Below are positions 18,258 through 26,732 of a DNA stretch of 64,000 nucleotides, one piece after another (the stretch's first letter is position 1; every line of letters starts with the position of its first letter). The notes below the pieces were generated by a model that was given only the letters and a program-made list of their open reading frames with translations, did not search any database and was not told the origin of the DNA. Location of the stretch: the IMG/VR virus record IMGVR_UViG_3300011980_000002, positions 32,001 through 96,000 of that record; one strand, 5' to 3'. This stretch comes from a virus. The translations under genes and the position numbers were made by a program.

Positions 18258-18824
18258 ATGAAAATGTGGAAATTTTACTATCATCCTCACTTAAATGAGA
18301 GGAGTACAAATCATGACCATAACTTCTATGGATTTACCAATGATGAAAAAATTGCTAAGAGATTTATTAAAGAAAGAGACCCTGATTATTTCACTTATGT
18401 TGTAACAGATGTTGATAAATCTCGTTATAATGAATTTAAAGAAAAAATGAGATATAGTGAACTTAAGTATCATGAATTAAAAACACGAAACCCATATGAA
18501 GAAACTTCATTAATAGATATTAGAATAGTAGACATAGATTTCAGTATGATACGAATGGTATTATACGGGATATATAAAAATACCCTAGGAAATGAAGAGT
18601 TTCATGAAATAGATGTATATACTCTATTATTAGATAGAATACAGAGATTACATACCCATCTATTCAAAGAAGAGTATAGAAATAGTCTATATGATATAAG
18701 ATGTAATAATACAACTAATAGATATTTCAATACTTGTATGGATAGTATGGAATTAGATGAGTTTAATATATATAGAGCTTTTAGAGCTTTAGGATATAAG
18801 AAAGAATATCAATTAGAATATTAA
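18258..18824 (+). CDS. Hypothetical protein
   Basis: ORF with TTAAATTA...GGAAAGGA upstream context. Confidence 0.6.
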   Translation: MKMWKFYYHPHLNERSTNHDHNFYGFTNDEKIAKRFIKERDPDYFTYVVTDVDKSRYNEFKEKMRYSELKYHELKTRNPYEETSLIDIRIVDIDFSMIRMVLYGIYKNTLGNEEFHEIDVYTLLLDRIQRLHTHLFKEEYRNSLYDIRCNNTTNRYFNTCMDSMELDEFNIYRAFRALGYKKEYQLEY

Positions 18825-18826
18825 TA

Positions 18827-18870
18827 ATCCGTATTTCCTATATATATAGGCATATAATATTTATGTGTAA
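18827..18870 (+). promoter_or_regulatory. Extended early-type promoter-like motif (ATCCGTAT variant)
   Basis: atccgtatttcctatatatataggcatataatatttatgtgtaa. Confidence 0.45.
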
Positions 18871-18912
18871 TAAATAAAATATATATATATATATATGCTA
18901 CATTATGTAGCA

Positions 18913-18945
18913 GGGTGGAGATAACATCAAGAGCCCAAAAAGGAG
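18913..18945 (+). promoter_or_regulatory. Conserved GC-richer 5' leader box (copy 1)
   Basis: gggtggagataacatcaagagcccaaaaaggag is identical at 28 of 33 positions (manual alignment) to 21243-21275 upstream of the tubulin gene. It ends in the SD. Confidence 0.5.
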
Positions 18946-18950
18946 TTAAT

Positions 18951-19202
18951 ATGTTAAACTTAATGACAGTTGCTGATGTGAAGGGTACTTTAAATTTCTA
19001 TAGAAGTTTATATGAGTTCTGTAAAGATAATGATGTATATTCAAAATATGCATCATACTATTCTGATTCAATGGAATATCTTGAAGTACTCCTTAACAAT
19101 GGAAAAGTTTCTGATATGACTGACGAAGTCTATCAAGAACTTCTATCTGAGTTGAAAAGAATTCAGCTAGACTTCTTAGATCTTATGATAGTATTTGCAT
19201 AA
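18951..19202 (+). CDS. Small hypothetical protein (83 aa)
   Basis: ATG at 18951 with SD aaaggag. The track ORF start at 18915 is a GTG inside the leader box. Confidence 0.6.
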   Translation: MLNLMTVADVKGTLNFYRSLYEFCKDNDVYSKYASYYSDSMEYLEVLLNNGKVSDMTDEVYQELLSELKRIQLDFLDLMIVFA

Positions 19203-19213
19203 GATCTAAGAAA

Positions 19214-19261
19214 AAAGAATACTTGTATGATACCACTCATTATAAGTATTCTTTTTTTTTT
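19214..19261 (+). terminator. Rho-independent terminator
   Basis: aaagaatactt / aagtattcttt followed by a T-tract. Confidence 0.7.
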
Positions 19262-19294
19262 GTAAATTTACTTTAATGATTATATCTTCTTATA

Positions 19295-19318
19295 CATATA
19301 ATATTTATTTGTAAAATA
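19295..19318 (+). promoter_or_regulatory. Early-type promoter-like motif
   Basis: catataatatttatttgtaaaata. Confidence 0.5.
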
Positions 19319-19342
19319 ATAAGTATTAAAGGAGAAAGAAAT

Positions 19343-19621
19343 ATGAGAAAGTCTGATATTTTAAATTACATGAATACGATAGATGATATGGAATGCTCTT
19401 GTAATCATATCATGAATATGCTTAAAGTTGGTATGTTAAATGAATTCGAAATTAGTTATCTTGAGAGATTTCTAAATAAAGAAGTTGTTGGTTTGAGTTA
19501 TATTGTGAAAGATCTTGGTGTCGAGATATTGGTTAATAAAACTAATGATATTATTACAGGAATGAAGTATATGATAAATATGATACGAAAAATTAAATCT
19601 AAAGAAGAAATAAATCATTAG
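19343..19621 (+). CDS. Small hypothetical protein
   Basis: Consensus SD aaaggagaaagaaatatg. Confidence 0.65.
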   Translation: MRKSDILNYMNTIDDMECSCNHIMNMLKVGMLNEFEISYLERFLNKEVVGLSYIVKDLGVEILVNKTNDIITGMKYMINMIRKIKSKEEINH

Positions 19622-19675
19622 ATTATTACAAATTTTTTATGTTTCCATAGAATTCGTAATTTCTCTTAATATATA

Positions 19676-19699
19676 TATATAATATTTACTTGTAAAATA
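19676..19699 (+). promoter_or_regulatory. Early-type promoter-like motif
   Basis: tatataatatttacttgtaaaata. Confidence 0.5.
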
Positions 19700-19728
19700 A
19701 ATATTATATATAAAAAGGAGAAAGAAAT

Positions 19729-20007
19729 ATGAAAACATTAACAAGATTAGAGGAATTGGAAGTTCTGGAAAAGGTTAGTAACCTCATAAAAGCTGCTGAT
19801 GATATTTATACTGGCAGCTTAAAAGTTAAGCTCTCTGATGAGAGATTAGCAAAGCTTCTCAGATATTCAATAAGAGCTGGTGAAGATATGAAGAGAGTTA
19901 GGCTTCTTGTGAGTGATATGTATATTCAGTCACAAGTTGACAGATGCATCAAGAATATGGGATACTTGGAAAAGCATCTCATAAAGCAAATCGCAGATAA
20001 TCAATAA
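19729..20007 (+). CDS. Small hypothetical protein
   Basis: Consensus SD aaaggagaaagaaatatg. Confidence 0.65.
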   Translation: MKTLTRLEELEVLEKVSNLIKAADDIYTGSLKVKLSDERLAKLLRYSIRAGEDMKRVRLLVSDMYIQSQVDRCIKNMGYLEKHLIKQIADNQ

Positions 20008-20022
20008 TCAAAGGAGAAAAAT

Positions 20023-20451
20023 ATGAGAAATAATTGGAGAATATATCTAAATGGAAGAGGTCTTGGTGGTTATAGACCTTTCTTAGAATGGGTTAAAAAG
20101 AACGTGAAATTGAGAACTGATAGAAATGGTCATCAGTTCATATTTGTAAACGACCTTTTACCATATAAAGGTAAAATGGTCGGTACTAATATTCATAACA
20201 GTAATTATCTGAATATTAGCACATGGTTCAACTCCAAGTTAATAGCATTCAAAGAGGCTGACAAGTTTGTTGAAATGATATTAATTGGAGAAGAATTGAA
20301 TGATCATCAAAAGAAAGTTGTTTCTAAAAACTATCCAATGTATGATCATATAAATCAACTCTGGCTCTACGATTCCAAAGCTGAGGAAAGGAGAAAGTGG
20401 TTGAGTTCAGTAGGTCTCGAAGACTGGGCTGAGTTCACATACATCGGTTAA
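20023..20451 (+). CDS. Hypothetical protein
   Basis: SD aaaggagaaaaatatg, coupled to the previous gene. Confidence 0.65.
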   Translation: MRNNWRIYLNGRGLGGYRPFLEWVKKNVKLRTDRNGHQFIFVNDLLPYKGKMVGTNIHNSNYLNISTWFNSKLIAFKEADKFVEMILIGEELNDHQKKVVSKNYPMYDHINQLWLYDSKAEERRKWLSSVGLEDWAEFTYIG

Positions 20452-20453
20452 AT

Positions 20454-20489
20454 AATATAGGGTATTAATTTACCCTATATTATTTTTTT
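20454..20489. terminator. Bidirectional terminator between convergent genes
   Basis: aatatagggta / taccctatatt followed by a T-tract. It overlaps the 3' end of the minus-strand gene. Confidence 0.65.
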
Positions 20490-21123
20490 CTTGTAATTCG
20501 TATATTTTATTACTTAGTCCTAATATACCATTATCTGTACTATCATAAATTATAGATTTATCTATATATCTATTTAACTTTTCTTTATGATCCTCAGTAA
20601 ATGCTATACCATATTTTTTTATAAATGCGTTTAAATCACCATGAGCTTGTCTGTAATTGATAAATAGATTTCTTGTATGAACTTCTTCATGTACTGTGGT
20701 AGATAGCATTACTACTTGTACATGATTTCTTTGGTGCTCATCTAATACTACATTGGCAATTTTAAATGTGCTTATTTGCCAATTCTTTAATATAAAATAT
20801 TCTAATACTATACTACAATAATCGTATAAATTAAATATTGGACCATGATGCATTTCTATACTAACATCATCATCTGTTAAATTATGTAATACTTGACACT
20901 TATTAAGTTTTACTTGGTTCTTTAAATAGGCAATATACTTATTATATCTATCATCAGTTCTTACTAATTTCTCTATCTCTTTAACATAACTATTATAAAC
21001 CTCTAAATTTGCAAAATATTCTTTAGTCTTATAAAATGGTAATATATAATTAGAAGAATCTGAGTCTATTGCTAAATTATTCCTATCTTTTAAATAAATT
21101 ATATTTGGTAAATCTTTTGCCAT
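20470..21123 (-). CDS. Hypothetical protein with a His/Cys-rich core (IEMHHGP...HEEVH)
   Basis: ORF with TTTAAATTA...GTAAAGGAAT upstream on the minus strand. No family recognised. Confidence 0.6.
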   Translation of the reverse strand: MAKDLPNIIYLKDRNNLAIDSDSSNYILPFYKTKEYFANLEVYNSYVKEIEKLVRTDDRYNKYIAYLKNQVKLNKCQVLHNLTDDDVSIEMHHGPIFNLYDYCSIVLEYFILKNWQISTFKIANVVLDEHQRNHVQVVMLSTTVHEEVHTRNLFINYRQAHGDLNAFIKKYGIAFTEDHKEKLNRYIDKSIIYDSTDNGILGLSNKIYELQEKNNIG

Positions 21124-21190
21124 AGTTCTTAAACATTCCTTTACTGTATATTTGAATTAATTTAAATGTCTTATAAAATTACATAATATA

Positions 21191-21214
21191 CATATACTAT
21201 TAATTTGTAAATAA
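21191..21214 (+). promoter_or_regulatory. Early-type promoter-like motif
   Basis: catatactattaatttgtaaataa. Confidence 0.4.
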
Positions 21215-21242
21215 TTTCTATTTACACGACAAAATAATTTTA

Positions 21243-21275
21243 GGGCGGAGATGATATCAAGAGCCAACAAAGGAG
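21243..21275 (+). promoter_or_regulatory. Conserved GC-richer 5' leader box (copy 2)
   Basis: gggcggagatgatatcaagagccaacaaaggag; see 18913-18945. Confidence 0.5.
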
Positions 21276-21285
21276 AAACAGAATT

Positions 21286-22416
21286 ATGTTACAAGCAGGA
21301 GTAATAGGAATAGGAAATGCAGGAAGCCAGGTAGCAGTTTTAGCTGCACAGAATAATATTAAATCTGTAGTTATTAACTCATCTGAGAATGACTTAGCAG
21401 TAATCCCAGAATCTGTTCATAAGTTCCTAGTAGGTGACTCAAGAGGAGCCGGAAAGAACAGAGACGCTGCTAAAGGATTTTTAAAGAGTTCCATAACTTC
21501 TATTCTTAATAAAGAAGATTTCATGGAGTTTATGGATGGAAATGATGTTACTTTTGTAGTATCATCAACAGGTGGTGGAACCGGTTCAGGTATTGCACCA
21601 ATAATGACAGAGATTTTATCTCAAGCATTTCCGGATACATTTGTTATACTTGTGGGTATATTACCTACATTAAATGAGGCATATTCAACACAGGTTAATA
21701 CTGTGGCATTTGTTAAAGAGTTATATGAGAAGATTAATAAACCAACTTATATGCTCTATGATAATGAGAAGATGTCTTCAGAACCATCTCATATCATGAT
21801 GGAATCTATCAATCAGTCTATTATAGAAGATATATTAGTATTGGTTGGTAAGTATAATTATGCTACCAAATATTCTTCTATAGATGAGAAAGATATGTCT
21901 ATGATAATATCTACTCCAGGAAGATTGGTAGTATCAAGACTGGTCAATTTCAAAGAGAAAGATTTAGACCAGTCAGGTATTGATAGTAGAGTTGAAGATA
22001 TTCTCAAGAGTAACACTCATGCAGAACTTCAAAGAGATAAGGTTATTAAGAGAAGTGGAGTTATCGCTAATCTTAATGAGTCTATAGCATCTAAGTTCGA
22101 TGACCATATGACAACCTTGCAGAAGTTCGTTGGTGTTCCGGTAGAAGAATTTACCCATATTTCTATCAATGTGGAGAAAGCATTACCTAATAATGTATTC
22201 TTCATTGGTTCTGGTTTATCTCCAGTATTTGATAGATTAACCAAGATTAATGAAAGAATAGAAGAGATTGATGCTTTACAAAATGATAGTGAGAATATCT
22301 CAGATGCACTATCATCTGTAGATATGGATAAAGCTAATGAAAAGAAAGATTATAGACAGAAGAAAGATAATGATGCACCATTAGCTCTGTCAGATATATT
22401 CAAGAACTTTTCATAA
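21286..22416 (+). CDS. phuZ: Tubulin/FtsZ-family GTPase (PhuZ/TubZ-like)
   Basis: T1 loop GIGNAGSQ, tubulin signature SSTGGGTGSGIAP, and a C-terminal acidic/hydrophobic tail. Confidence 0.85.
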   Translation: MLQAGVIGIGNAGSQVAVLAAQNNIKSVVINSSENDLAVIPESVHKFLVGDSRGAGKNRDAAKGFLKSSITSILNKEDFMEFMDGNDVTFVVSSTGGGTGSGIAPIMTEILSQAFPDTFVILVGILPTLNEAYSTQVNTVAFVKELYEKINKPTYMLYDNEKMSSEPSHIMMESINQSIIEDILVLVGKYNYATKYSSIDEKDMSMIISTPGRLVVSRLVNFKEKDLDQSGIDSRVEDILKSNTHAELQRDKVIKRSGVIANLNESIASKFDDHMTTLQKFVGVPVEEFTHISINVEKALPNNVFFIGSGLSPVFDRLTKINERIEEIDALQNDSENISDALSSVDMDKANEKKDYRQKKDNDAPLALSDIFKNFS

Positions 22417-22463
22417 GCAATAATATCAATTATTATCAATGATATTTAGACACTAAACATAGT

Positions 22464-22540
22464 CTAAGGTAGATGTAATATAAATTAATAACCAATATTA
22501 CAATTTGGTAAATTTTATATTACACTACCTTAGATTTTTT
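22464..22540 (+). terminator. Long-stem terminator after the tubulin gene
   Basis: ctaaggtagatgtaatataaa / ttttatattacactaccttag (about 20 bp, one mismatch) followed by attttttg. Confidence 0.65.
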
Positions 22541-22583
22541 GTGTATGGATATAAATTTTTGTTTATTAAGGAAAGGAGATACA

Positions 22584-23558
22584 ATGGGAAAGAAGAATAA
22601 AGATATCCGTAATAGTAATACTAATAACGGATTTAAAATCCCAGACAGTGTAGTCAGATTTATTAAAATGGACTACAAGAAATTCAAGAAGAAAAACTCT
22701 GGTCTTTATGACAGTAAGAAAGAGACTAAGAGAGCTTATTATTATGAACTACTGGATTTATTTCCAGAGGTTATACAACTTCTTGTTAGATATGGATATG
22801 TAAAAGAAGTTGTTGAAATCAAGAATTCTCTTTATGAGAAATTAATAGACCCTTCATTTATTAAGGTATTAACACATGCTATTGAGAATGAAGAGGATAT
22901 TGACAATATTAAATTATTCCCTATAGTAATTAGGGATGTTGTAGAATCTGCAAAGATTCAAGAAGCTAAGGATAAAGAAGAAGATCCAAATGCTTCAGAG
23001 TATGATGTATCTGATTTAATTGAACTAGCTCAATTGATACTTAAGAAGAAGCTAAAGAAATTAAAGAAGAAAGAAGTTGACCCAGATGTAGCATTTGATT
23101 GCTTATGTATAATACCAGATGATAAGGTATTAGAAGATAAACAGATCATATTTAAGTTAAGAACCCTGATGGCTGTGTTATATGAACATGCTAAAACTAA
23201 GACTATTAACTTTGATGTGTTGATAAAGTCTATGTTCCCTGGAAAGTATGCTAGTCAGATTATAACTTTCTGTCTATTAGAAAGAAAGGATAAATTTGCT
23301 AACTTCGATGATAAACAAAAAGAATTCTTCATTCAGATTAATGAGTGGATATTCAATATCATGGAAGAAATGGATAAGAGCTCAATAGAGTCTATTCTTA
23401 ATTCTTATATAGAAGCAAGAAAGAGAGATGATGGACAAAATAGGGATACCAACAGAAGATATTTCCTTAAATCTTTACCTGAGTCAGAGTATCCAAGAGT
23501 ATATAAAGTGATTAAGCATTTATTAGAAGTAAATCCGGATGCAGATAAATTCTTCTAA
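22584..23558 (+). CDS. Hypothetical protein (Lys-rich helical)
   Basis: ATG at 22584 with SD aaggaaaggaga. The track start at 22539 lacks an SD. Confidence 0.6.
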   Translation: MGKKNKDIRNSNTNNGFKIPDSVVRFIKMDYKKFKKKNSGLYDSKKETKRAYYYELLDLFPEVIQLLVRYGYVKEVVEIKNSLYEKLIDPSFIKVLTHAIENEEDIDNIKLFPIVIRDVVESAKIQEAKDKEEDPNASEYDVSDLIELAQLILKKKLKKLKKKEVDPDVAFDCLCIIPDDKVLEDKQIIFKLRTLMAVLYEHAKTKTINFDVLIKSMFPGKYASQIITFCLLERKDKFANFDDKQKEFFIQINEWIFNIMEEMDKSSIESILNSYIEARKRDDGQNRDTNRRYFLKSLPESEYPRVYKVIKHLLEVNPDADKFF

Positions 23559-23601
23559 TTAAATAAATTTTATTTACATGAATAATTAACAAAATAATTC
23601 A

Positions 23602-23658
23602 AATTAGAAGTATTAATAAGTCTATTTGATTATAGATTATTGATACTTCTAATTTTTC
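23602..23658 (+). terminator. Hairpin terminator (18-bp stem, 1 mismatch)
   Basis: aattagaagtattaataa / ttattgatacttctaatt followed by ttt. Confidence 0.5.
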
Positions 23659-23681
23659 ATAATGGAAAGGAAATAAGAATT

Positions 23682-24575
23682 ATGTTTATTTATAATTATG
23701 AATTCGGTACTGAAACTGTTAATTGGGGATTAAAAGAATTTAAATCAATGGATTTCATTGGTACAGATTCTATTAAGTTCTACGGTAATAATAACTTCTT
23801 AAGAGTTAATGATAAGACTAATATAGAAGTTAAACATGGTACCTATTATGACCCAGCTATTATTATACCTAACGCTAAGAGTTTACAGATTAATGCTACC
23901 AATATGCATATATCAACTCTTAATGATGATGGTATTGATGATTTAGCTGCAATAATTACATTAGAAAATAAGAATTATCGTTTGGTAAAATATTCAGTGG
24001 GATTTGAAGCTGATAAAGCAGATTGTCAAATACTTAAGCAAGTAACAACTCCTAATCATAGGGTTTTATTATTACTATTTGATGGTAATAGTGAGTCTGT
24101 ATTCACTCTTATTTTATTTAATAATACTCTTAAGAGATATGAGTACTGGACAATATCTCATAATAAAGATGGTAAGTTGATACTTAAGAATTTAACCGGT
24201 AGTGATAAAGAGATTAATAAAGCCTTAGAAGAGTTTGAAACTTATGATAAGAAGAATAAGTGTAAGAGCTGTAAGATTTCTTTATATTATAATTTCCCTA
24301 TGACTTATTATGTAGTTACTACCAACAGTAATACTACTATAGGAAATCTTATAAATGATAGAAACTATAAGATTATTCGTATAGATGATAAGTATAAAGA
24401 GAATTGTACTACTAAGGAAGTAATTGATGCTGTTAATAAAGTATATCAAATTCCTAAAGGTACTATATGCTTATCATTATATGATATTAAACCAAAGGAT
24501 ATTTACAAATATAAAGATGAAAATATTAAGTATATACTTAGATTATATAATGATGCAACTACAACTGATTTCTAG
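23682..24575 (+). CDS. Hypothetical protein
   Basis: ATG at 23682 with SD tggaaaggaaa. Confidence 0.6.
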   Translation: MFIYNYEFGTETVNWGLKEFKSMDFIGTDSIKFYGNNNFLRVNDKTNIEVKHGTYYDPAIIIPNAKSLQINATNMHISTLNDDGIDDLAAIITLENKNYRLVKYSVGFEADKADCQILKQVTTPNHRVLLLLFDGNSESVFTLILFNNTLKRYEYWTISHNKDGKLILKNLTGSDKEINKALEEFETYDKKNKCKSCKISLYYNFPMTYYVVTTNSNTTIGNLINDRNYKIIRIDDKYKENCTTKEVIDAVNKVYQIPKGTICLSLYDIKPKDIYKYKDENIKYILRLYNDATTTDF

Positions 24576-24655
24576 TAAATCATAATGTAAGTTATATACT
24601 ATTTACATGGTAACAAAATTAATAATATAATTTAAATGGAAAGGAAATAAAGCTA

Positions 24656-25153
24656 ATGAAAAAAGCTAAAGTAGCCAGAATTAATCTGGGTGGAAAGAAC
24701 ATCATAGAGTTTCAAACATCTATGCTTAATAAGCATGGAGAACTTAAAGGTAGAAATAAGAAGGAAACTGCTCTTCTTAGAGATACCTGTATGCATCATA
24801 AGAAAAATAAGAAAGGTAAGAATAAGTCAAGAGTAGAACTTGAGGATGGTCAAGCTTGCTGTGCAATGTGTCAGGCAGAGTTTAGAGCTCAACCATATAG
24901 TAAATCTGAGAGAAAAGAAGTAATTGGTGAGGGTAAAGAACTCGCTAACCATACTAAGTTCATGGCAGCAGCTTGTGGAGCTGATGAACAGACTCTTAGG
25001 ACATTAGCAGAAATCTCTGTAGGACTTACTAATCTTGGTAAGATAAATAAATCCTTAACCAAGATAGTATCTAAAGAAGATGCTATTAAGAAGAAGAATA
25101 AGAAGAACAAAGGTAATACTTCTGAAAGCTTAGGAAGCTGGAGAATAAGGTAG
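24656..25153 (+). CDS. Very basic Cys/His-containing protein, probably highly expressed
   Basis: K-rich, with a CMHH...CCAMC cluster. Codon usage shifts toward ctt/aag/gag, as in the capsid gene. SD tggaaaggaaa. Confidence 0.6.
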   Translation: MKKAKVARINLGGKNIIEFQTSMLNKHGELKGRNKKETALLRDTCMHHKKNKKGKNKSRVELEDGQACCAMCQAEFRAQPYSKSERKEVIGEGKELANHTKFMAAACGADEQTLRTLAEISVGLTNLGKINKSLTKIVSKEDAIKKKNKKNKGNTSESLGSWRIR

Positions 25154-25175
25154 TAAATTTTGTAGGGTAGTTATA

Positions 25176-25233
25176 ATAAGGGTACTTGATTTATATTGAG
25201 TACCCTTATAAATAAATACATTATTTTTTTTTT
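25176..25233 (+). terminator. Hairpin plus a distal T-tract
   Basis: ataagggtact / agtacccttat, with a T10 run ~15 nt downstream. Confidence 0.5.
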
Positions 25234-25537
25234 ATGTGATCCCATATAAGATTTTCATTATAATGATATAATATTAATGTGAGTAACTGATAAAAATATA
25301 ATACTAATATATAAATATCCTGAGATGGATAACTATTATAGAAATGAATATAATAGTCTTATTTAATTGATCAATCGTGAAAATCAATTAAGTATAGTTA
25401 CTCCTTTCCATTATAAGATTTATGTAATCTTATATGTCCAGATGAATTAGATAAGTTTCTCCTTTAAAGAAATAATAATGAGAAACATAGATTCACAATA
25501 ACTCCAGAAAAAGACTATATATATTTTATTTTACACC

Positions 25538-25717
25538 TGTTGAATGCTGTTAATATAAGTCTTTAAATTTATCTAAATCATCTGAAGAATACTAACATTC
25601 GAAGTTAAATAAAAACAAGGCAATCACATTCCTGACTTGTATTTAACAGCATTCAACACAAATTCTAAATCAATACAGATACTACTTCAAATAGTAGTAT
25701 CTGTTTATTTTTTTTTG
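25538..25717 (+). ncRNA. Candidate structured small RNA (long hairpin plus its own terminator)
   Basis: 16-bp perfect inverted repeat tgttgaatgctgttaa (25538-25553) / ttaacagcattcaaca (25643-25658) with further imperfect pairing. It is followed by a strong terminator, acagatactact / agtagtatctgt plus a T-tract (25675-25717). No ORF. Confidence 0.35.
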
Positions 25718-25720
25718 ATT

Positions 25721-25747
25721 TATATAATATTATCATGTAACAATAAA
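25721..25747 (+). promoter_or_regulatory. Early-type promoter-like motif
   Basis: tatataatattatcatgtaacaataaa. Confidence 0.45.
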
Positions 25748-25773
25748 TTTTATTTTTAAAGGAGAAAGAAATT

Positions 25774-26028
25774 ATGAGAAATAACAATCAAGCAACGAGA
25801 GAGAAATTGTATAATATCATTGATATGATGATAAGCAATGGGGATATAAAAGATACCCTCGAGATACATGTCATATATGACAAATTGAAAAAATGCTGTG
25901 ATAATATTGCTGAAAAGATCGCTGATAAGAAATATGAGGTAACTGATATTACTGAATACAGGTCTGAACGTGAGGTACATCGTATAAGAGTGTTAAAAGA
26001 TTTTGGGATGTTAAGAAAGGTGATTTAG
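25774..26028 (+). pseudogene. Fam-B (YdcK-like) paralog 0, 5' fragment before a 1-nt deletion
   Basis: Ends ..HRIRVLKDFG. Intact paralogs read gattttggagatgttaag whereas this copy reads gattttgggatgttaag (26001-26010), which shifts the frame. Confidence 0.7.
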
Positions 26029-26099
26029 GTGGATTTGTATCTTCCTATGATAATCTTTCACAATACGGTGATTGTTGGATATATGATGACGCAGTTGTC

Positions 26100-26696
26100 A
26101 TGAGTGAAGCAAATATTATCGAAGATGCTAAAATTAAAAATAACGCTACTATATGTGGAACGGCTGTAGTGAGAGGAGATTCTGTAATACAAGATGATTG
26201 TGAGGTATATATGCAATCAATAATAAATGATTCTTATATGTCTGGAAATTGTTGTTTATATAATGTGGAAGTTCATGACAGCAAACTCGAAGGCTGCCTA
26301 TATCTAAATCAATCCAGTATACAGAAAAGTAATATAATAGCAAATGACGCCAGAATACATAATAAAACTTTTATACATGACTCTAAACTTAAGTTAGCTG
26401 ATGATAGTGATATTTATAAAAGCTATATAGATAGGTCAACTATACAAGGATATATTACACTAAATAATGTTGAGTTGAGCAATAGTAAAGTTATTAATAA
26501 AGATGAAGAAGTCTATATTGCTGATAAAATTATTGACGGTGCTAATGTAACAAGTACTAACACTATTACATCATTTTCATTAGATTTATACGATAACCAA
26601 GAAGAATGTGATATAGTCTTCTATAAAAATAGAAATGGTAACACCACTATTACTATATCTCACAAATCTGGTGTTCACGATTCTATTGAAATTTAG
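26100..26696 (+). pseudogene. Fam-B paralog 0, 3' fragment (beta-helix part, also C-terminally truncated)
   Basis: This frame is open from ~26007 and encodes DVKKGDLGGFVSSYDNLSQYGDCWIYDDAVV, continuing the 5' fragment. It lacks the family C-terminus (..FDKVA.EYF). Confidence 0.7.
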
Positions 26697-26732
26697 ACAT
26701 CTGGTATAAAATCTAGTAAGTAATACAATAAT

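Noticed and set aside
24573-25156. Both 23682-24575 and 24656-25153 end in tandem TAG-TAA.
   Set aside because: This is suggestive of leaky TAG, but other TAG-terminated genes (19621, 32873, 53305, 59065) lack a tandem stop. With only two cases in an AT-rich genome it is not enough to claim read-through.
25390-25470. Reverse-strand SD-like sequences (ggaaaggag, aaaggagaaac) suggesting minus-strand genes in the 25.2-25.7 kb gap.
   Set aside because: No ATG at suitable spacing. The only candidate is a TTG-initiated 27-codon hydrophobic frame with a 13-nt spacer. They were treated as possible relics only.
26001-26010. Programmed -1 frameshift joining 25774-26028 to 26100-26696.
   Set aside because: T TTT GGG is not a canonical slippery heptamer, because the A-site tRNA would mispair. 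No obvious downstream stimulatory structure is seen. The copy is also C-terminally truncated, which fits decay.
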